From Spirochaetia bacterium (GTDB lineage Bacteria; Spirochaetota; Spirochaetia; UBA9216), in contig OZ223272.1 of the NCBI GenBank assembly GCA_965140585.1, forward strand, positions 1 to 64,000: a stretch of 64,000 nucleotides of DNA. Direction: 5' to 3'. The position numbers and the translations under genes are program-made. The notes under the pieces were generated by a model. It ran no database searches. It was not told where the DNA came from and was given only the letters and a program-made list of their open reading frames with translations. This document shows positions 58,928-64,000 of this stretch, one piece after another; position 1 is the first letter of the stretch, and each line of letters starts with the position of its first letter.

Positions 58928-60060
58928 TATTGCCCTCTCCCGTAATCCAAAAGTATTTTGATGATGTCATAATAGGTGTATGGAAAATCAAACTCACCGC
59001 TGGTCAGAATTACGGCACCTGTTCCGCTCTCCTTTGACAGGAATACTCCGGTCCTCGTGCCATCCATTCCGCCTGTATGATGTATCATGTGTTCTCCGCC
59101 GTATGTGAAACCAGTCGGCTTCCATATATAGCAGTAATCGCTGCTCTGCATCGACAGCATCAGCTCTGTCGTTTCTTCTTGAAGTATCCTTTCGCCGTTA
59201 CAGAGGCCCTTGTTGAAGAATATTGAAGCAAGTGAGGCGAAATCCCCTGATGAACAGGAAAAGAACCCCGCGGGAAAGGCTGAACCTGTATAGGCTTCAA
59301 GATCAGCATGATCGTAATCTGACGGGAATGCCATATCAGCTGCATGTTGCGGAAGCAGATTCCATCCGCCGTCTATTCCGAGAGGTTCAATGATATTGTA
59401 TTCGCAGTATTCCTCAAAGGGCATGCCCGATACCCGCTGGACAATGAGACCCGCGAGCGTAATCGCCATGTTTGAATATTCTGAAAGGCCGGCGGGGCCT
59501 TCTTCCGTGAAGTTCTTTATATCATCATACCATCTGCCGTCTTCAGAAAAATAACCTGCGCAGGCCTCCGAAAGCCCGGGAATCTGCTTTGAGGAGGGAT
59601 CATATGAAGTGAAATCTCCTTCAATTACCGTCCAGTTATCCCTTATTCCCGAGCTGTGGGTCAGCAGCATATGCATCGTTATGGCTGTGTCGGGAAAATC
59701 CGGATGCCTGACGCTGAAGGGCAGGTAATCATTGACATCACCTTGCAGATCGATTAATCCCCTCTCATAGAGCTGCATAACTGCCGTTCCGGTAATGACC
59801 TTCGTCAGCGATGCCAGCCTGAAGATCGTCTCATTATCGGTTTCATGTTCATCTTTGCTGCTGATTCGGCCGAAGGCTCTAGACCAGATTACTCCGGTCT
59901 CATCGAATATTGCTATTGATGCAGCAGATACGTGAAGCGCGTTTAAGCGGGCTTCAATTTTTTTAATAATCAGCTCGTCGCTGCTGTTAAGTCTGCATCC
60001 CTGAAAGAGCAGCAAGATGATTGCTGTAGATATCATTATAGCTATGATTTTTCTAGTCAT
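58927..60060 (-). CDS. Serine hydrolase (class C beta-lactamase/PBP family) lipoprotein
   Basis: Lipobox FQGC; SLTK (SxxK), LLTHSSG, YSN and HTG motifs. Confidence 0.9.
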   Translation of the reverse strand: MTRKIIAIMISTAIILLLFQGCRLNSSDELIIKKIEARLNALHVSAASIAIFDETGVIWSRAFGRISSKDEHETDNETIFRLASLTKVITGTAVMQLYERGLIDLQGDVNDYLPFSVRHPDFPDTAITMHMLLTHSSGIRDNWTVIEGDFTSYDPSSKQIPGLSEACAGYFSEDGRWYDDIKNFTEEGPAGLSEYSNMAITLAGLIVQRVSGMPFEEYCEYNIIEPLGIDGGWNLLPQHAADMAFPSDYDHADLEAYTGSAFPAGFFSCSSGDFASLASIFFNKGLCNGERILQEETTELMLSMQSSDYCYIWKPTGFTYGGEHMIHHTGGMDGTRTGVFLSKESGTGAVILTSGEFDFPYTYYDIIKILLDYGRGQ

Positions 60061-60944
60061 CTGTTAACCTCGTCATTTTCATCTATGTATGGATAAATTT
60101 CCTCTCCGCAGATGGGCATGCGAGGCCCTAGCTCCTGTCTGAAGTACAGGGGCAGCCCCCGGGCGGTAAGGAAAGAGTTTGTAAGGGGATTGTCCTTCTG
60201 GTGGTGAATGTGAAGATGAGGTTCGCTGCTGTTTCCCGAATTACCGACGCGTCCGAGAAAATCCCCCTCTGATACATGTTCGCCCTCTTCCACGACTATT
60301 GAATCCTTCATGAAATGAGCCAGCAGAAGGTAGGTCCCGCTCTGATCCAGCTTCAGATAGATGAAGTTTCCCTTCATGTCCCGGAACTTAACCGGAAAGT
60401 CTCCTGGAGGGTGATCCGGCAGATCGTTTCTCATCTGAACGACTGTTCCCGAAACCGGTGAGACAATCTCGAGACCGTAGATCCCGTAGTCATTCAGATT
60501 GGAGCTTCCGACGGACGCGGGAAGCTTGATGATATCGTATGCCCATCGCTCTACCGGAACAACAACATGGTAGTTAGTCTCAAGGCTGTCTCCTCCCCAG
60601 CCCGTCAGAACCCTCTCGGTAAAGGGTGATCGAACCGATACCGCCGTTTCTGTTTTTTTGATATCGGCCGGAAAGGCTATACTGCCGATTCCCAGGAACC
60701 ATAGAAGAGGCCAGATTGCAATAATCGATAGAACCATAGTCAGTATTGAAAATATCTCCGGTCCGCGCCTTCGTATTATTCTCATAACGGAAATTGTGAG
60801 AAAGATTATTCCCGTTATCCCGAAAGCCTGAATAAGCCACCAGGATAAAACGGCGGGCCTTCCTCCGACAAGCAGGATTATTGCCCACAGGCAAACCATG
60901 GGGGCTGAAAGTAGTATCAGGATACCCCTGTTTCTATGAATCAT
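60057..60944 (-). CDS. Membrane-anchored M23 family metallopeptidase
   Basis: N-terminal TM segments; WAYD, AH and GNSGNSSEPHLHIH motifs. Confidence 0.88.
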   Translation of the reverse strand: MIHRNRGILILLSAPMVCLWAIILLVGGRPAVLSWWLIQAFGITGIIFLTISVMRIIRRRGPEIFSILTMVLSIIAIWPLLWFLGIGSIAFPADIKKTETAVSVRSPFTERVLTGWGGDSLETNYHVVVPVERWAYDIIKLPASVGSSNLNDYGIYGLEIVSPVSGTVVQMRNDLPDHPPGDFPVKFRDMKGNFIYLKLDQSGTYLLLAHFMKDSIVVEEGEHVSEGDFLGRVGNSGNSSEPHLHIHHQKDNPLTNSFLTARGLPLYFRQELGPRMPICGEEIYPYIDENDEVNR

Positions 60945-60999
60945 ATAACACTCCTCTGATTCAGATAACGGAAAGTTATCCGGAAGAAGGTGTTATGTC

Positions 61000-61021
61000 G
61001 TCCGAACCTATAAATCCGGAC
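61000..61021. promoter_or_regulatory. Imperfect palindrome right after the AraC stop; candidate operator for the M23 operon
   Basis: GTCCGAACCTATAAATCCGGAC (8/11 pairs). Confidence 0.35.
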
Positions 61022-62118
61022 TATATATTCTTAATTTTTTCTCTGTAAGCCGATGGGGTTTTACCGGTATGCTCTTTGAAGAATGAATAGAATACACTTT
61101 TTGAATTAAACCCCGCTTCAAGAGAGAGGGCCAGAACGGACAGCTGATCATAATCCCTGGAATGCATAAGCCTGATAACTTCCTCCACCCTGTATTTATT
61201 GATGAAGGAGTGAAAATTATCATTCCGTCCCTTGTTGATGATCTGAGAAAGGCTGTGAACACTCATTCCGGTCGCAGCTGCCAGATCGGGCAGAGATATG
61301 TCGTCCAGATAGGGCTTTTGGTTCTCCATGTAGGATTCTATGCGGCTCAGGAGTCTTGCTGTTTCTCCTTCTGTAAGGCGGTTCTTCCCGTATCTTTCCC
61401 CCGGAGGATTAATTATCTCCGGCTGAAGCAGGGCAAAGAAACTGACGGTTATAATGAAGGCGATCTCAATAATATCTATAACCTGATAGTTATACTGAAA
61501 TTCCGGGTTTGCGCTTTCAATGATACGCGAGACTATATCGGTAAGCGAAATGAAAATTACGAAGCATATGAGGGCGCTGAACCACAGAAGTCTTTTCCGG
61601 TTAAAATCCGAATAATATGTTTTCAGACTACCGCGGTAGGCCTTCAGCATGAAAAGGGTTTTAAAAAAGCAGAACAGCATATAGGTATAGCTTGCCGTGA
61701 ACAGGAGTCGGCTTGGAAAAAGGTAATCTTCCAGACTGCTGACGGGTGATAGAAGATTTTGAATTAATTGCACCGCCGTATAAACAAGCATGAGAGCCGA
61801 TGGCATCAGATAGAGCAAGCCTCGTCTTTCGTCCGCGAAGCCGGTAGCCGCCGAAAAATAAAGTAGAAGCAGGGGGCCTGACAGCAGAAGAAGCAGAAAA
61901 GTCAGATTAGAATAGAATATAACCGCCCATGCCTCGACATCCACCCTTCTGGTAGAAGCCATACTTAAAAGGAGAAAGGCTGATAAAGCCAGAAGGTAGG
62001 CCGAAAAATATATATTACCCCTGTTGTTTCTTTTCCTTAAAAGAAAGATTAGAGAAAGAAGCGCGGAAAGAATAATCCCTGTGAAAAGCAAATTCTGATA
62101 AAGCTCCATGAGATACAA
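61021..62118 (-). CDS. Membrane-bound AraC family regulator
   Basis: About 7 N-terminal TM segments; C-terminal LSQIIN..FINKYRVEE..EAGFNSKSVFYSFFK..TGKTPSAYR. Confidence 0.92.
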   Translation of the reverse strand: MYLMELYQNLLFTGIILSALLSLIFLLRKRNNRGNIYFSAYLLALSAFLLLSMASTRRVDVEAWAVIFYSNLTFLLLLLSGPLLLLYFSAATGFADERRGLLYLMPSALMLVYTAVQLIQNLLSPVSSLEDYLFPSRLLFTASYTYMLFCFFKTLFMLKAYRGSLKTYYSDFNRKRLLWFSALICFVIFISLTDIVSRIIESANPEFQYNYQVIDIIEIAFIITVSFFALLQPEIINPPGERYGKNRLTEGETARLLSRIESYMENQKPYLDDISLPDLAAATGMSVHSLSQIINKGRNDNFHSFINKYRVEEVIRLMHSRDYDQLSVLALSLEAGFNSKSVFYSFFKEHTGKTPSAYREKIKNI

Positions 62119-62441
62119 TCTATATCGGAAGAAGAATTTAAATCAAGGCGGAAACATTCCATCCTTTACCTGTCTATTGATTTGTCACTCTGACTTTCAT
62201 GGTATTAATTGAGGTTTAAGTAGTAAATGAAAGATGATATGTTTCCCGCCCGGATAAAATCCCGGTTAATCGGAAGCATAGAGGTTACAGATCTATTCCC
62301 AGCCGCATTGTCATTCTTCTTACGCTACTGATCTCCATTATATAATGCTTAATTCCATAAAGGTTAATGTGACAATCGGTAATATCACATGTCGTTTAAT
62401 GCCCGGAATACTTCGTTATATTGACTCTTTCCATCCGAACT

Positions 62442-63255
62442 TTATTTATTTAAAGAAAGGAGCTCAATAAGTTTCGAAGCAGCTTTTTTCAAATAGCGGT
62501 TCCGGTTCCAGGCAACACCGGCTTCGATTTCCAGATGCTCCGCAAGCGGGATCACAGCGACAGATTTAAGTTTTTGTGCCAAATCTGCGAAGAAAAAGGT
62601 TACGCCCATTCCTTCTTTAACAAGTCCGGCCACAGTGCCTATCTAACTCGAAGAAAAAACAATTTTCGGGTCAAATTTCAACCTTGCACACTCACTCATA
62701 ATCAGCTTTCTTGTGTACGTGTCTTCATGAAAGAGAATAAAAGATTCATCTTTTAAATCCAGAAGGGAGACCTCCTGTTTACCGGCGAAGCGGTGGGTCA
62801 GCGGCAGACAGACAAGGATTTCTCCCCTGCAGATCAGCCGATGCGCGAGTGAAGGAGCAAGATTTCTGCTTATTAGAATCCCCAGATCGAACTCACCTTT
62901 TTCCAGAAGTGTAGATATACTCAATGAGCCCTCTTCGATGACTTCCATTTCAACCTTTGGATTACTTCTCTGGAATTCAGCCAGTTTTGCGGGAAACAAT
63001 ACACTCATCATCGGTGTTATGCCGATTTGCAAACGGCCCTGAGGCTCATCTGGGTAATCAAACATCATATTTTTCGTTTCTGAAACCAGCGAAAGGATCC
63101 GTTCCACTTGCACGAGCATCTGTCGCCCCTCCTGTGTAATAGAAATCCTTTTGTTGATTCGGTGTAAAAGTGCGAGTCCTAATTCTGCTTCAAGCTGCTC
63201 AATACCGACCGTTACGGACGGCTGAGAAACATTAAGAGATTCAGCGGCTTTGGTG
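62442..63255 (-). pseudogene. LysR family regulator, N-terminally truncated at the repeat junction, with an in-frame TAG at 62643
   Basis: Begins mid-HTH at TKAAESLNVSQPSVTVGIEQLEAELG; ORFs 62643-63119 and 62442-62633 are in the same frame. Confidence 0.85.
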
Positions 63256-64000
63256 CTGAAGGCTGCTGCGGAAGCTGCGGCTGAAAAGAAAACTGCAGGC
63301 GCTTTCCTGCTGTTTACAGAGTCTGGAGGCTAAGATAATATTATCGGGATTTACTACTTTTAATAATACATCAGGGATAAATCCCTGATGTAGAATTTCA
63401 CTATAATTCCAGTACAATTGGGAAATTTTTTATTTTAACTGGATTAAACCACCAACATTATCGTTCAAGCTCGTAAGAATATAATAAATCAAGCCGAGAG
63501 CATGATTTATAAAATGGAAATATTGCTAAATTTCTGAAAAATTGATTCTATTTCTTCGCCACAGCCCATCATCTGCATACTCTTCATTTATTAAAAAATA
63601 AATCAACTTTGGTATTCTTTATCGATACAGGAAAATTTAACTGCATGACCTATACACACCTCATAGCGCTCATAAATCCGTTTTCTAACCCCCTCGACAC
63701 CAATTACGAAAGCATTTGCGTCTTCATCTTTTCGATTTCTATTTTCCTCTGCCAATTTGAGCAAGTCACATAGGTGTGGGTGGGGGTTGAGATAAACATC
63801 ACAGTTATTTGCTTTACAATATTCCCAGGTCTGTACACAACTATCAGCAAAAAGTAATGCCTGAGAAACAGCCCATTGAACACTGTAAGGGTAACCGTCC
63901 TTTCCCGGATACACACCAGGTCCGAATACACCATACCCCCCAAAAAACATAATTCTATGTTTTTGCCCTCTATCCATAACTTCAAAGGAATAATTTAAGC
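63245..64000 (+). repeat. Direct repeat copy 2 (continues beyond the window)
   Basis: Near-identical to 45363-46118. Confidence 0.95.
63603..64000 (-). CDS. 3' part of a second copy of the MBL-fold hydrolase
   Basis: Nearly identical to the C-terminal part of 45721-46599, with substitutions E>A, I>E, G>E and S>G. Confidence 0.85.
   Translation of the reverse strand, partial: LNYSFEVMDRGQKHRIMFFGGYGVFGPGVYPGKDGYPYSVQWAVSQALLFADSCVQTWEYCKANNCDVYLNPHPHLCDLLKLAEENRNRKDEDANAFVIGVEGVRKRIYERYEVCIGHAVKFSCIDKEYQS

Noticed and set aside
62-63985. Numerous short or antisense ORFs in the ORF track (e.g. 6005-6694, 17003-17275, 25827-26462, 33589-34218, 61162-61749)
   Set aside because: They are shadows of well-supported genes or of the tRNA and carry no motifs.

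Overview
A 64-kb bacterial chromosomal window, probably from an anaerobe. A free-living spirochaete is suggested by the lipoprotein signals, the membrane AraC and the gene content, but this is inference only. From left to right it contains: a GABA/4-hydroxybutyrate fermentation operon (gabT, GntR, abfD, CoA-transferase, crotonase); an Na+/solute symporter and an MCP; a type I R-M locus with an inserted YhcG nuclease; tRNA-Arg(CCG); the prfA-prmC-rel-trmJ cluster; and housekeeping genes (ychF, ThiF/MoeB, M16 peptidase, diguanylate cyclase, ettA, MATE, mscS, slyD). After slyD comes a mosaic accessory segment of about 17.9 kb (MBL hydrolases plus a TRAP transporter, IS remnants, AOR with a dead sigma54 activator, and an AraC/M23/serine-hydrolase cassette). 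Its start is repeated at the right edge of the window. The most unusual element is a two-gene membrane module present twice in divergent orientation (37171-39746 and 42258-44774). Each copy pairs a stand-alone 7-8 TM sensor-like protein with a translationally coupled protein made of two tandem [~6 TM + OmpR-like winged helix carrying a 3-4 Cys cluster] units. Several genes carry single-base indels, mostly in short homopolymers, that look like long-read errors. Other genes carry in-frame stops that look like real decay.
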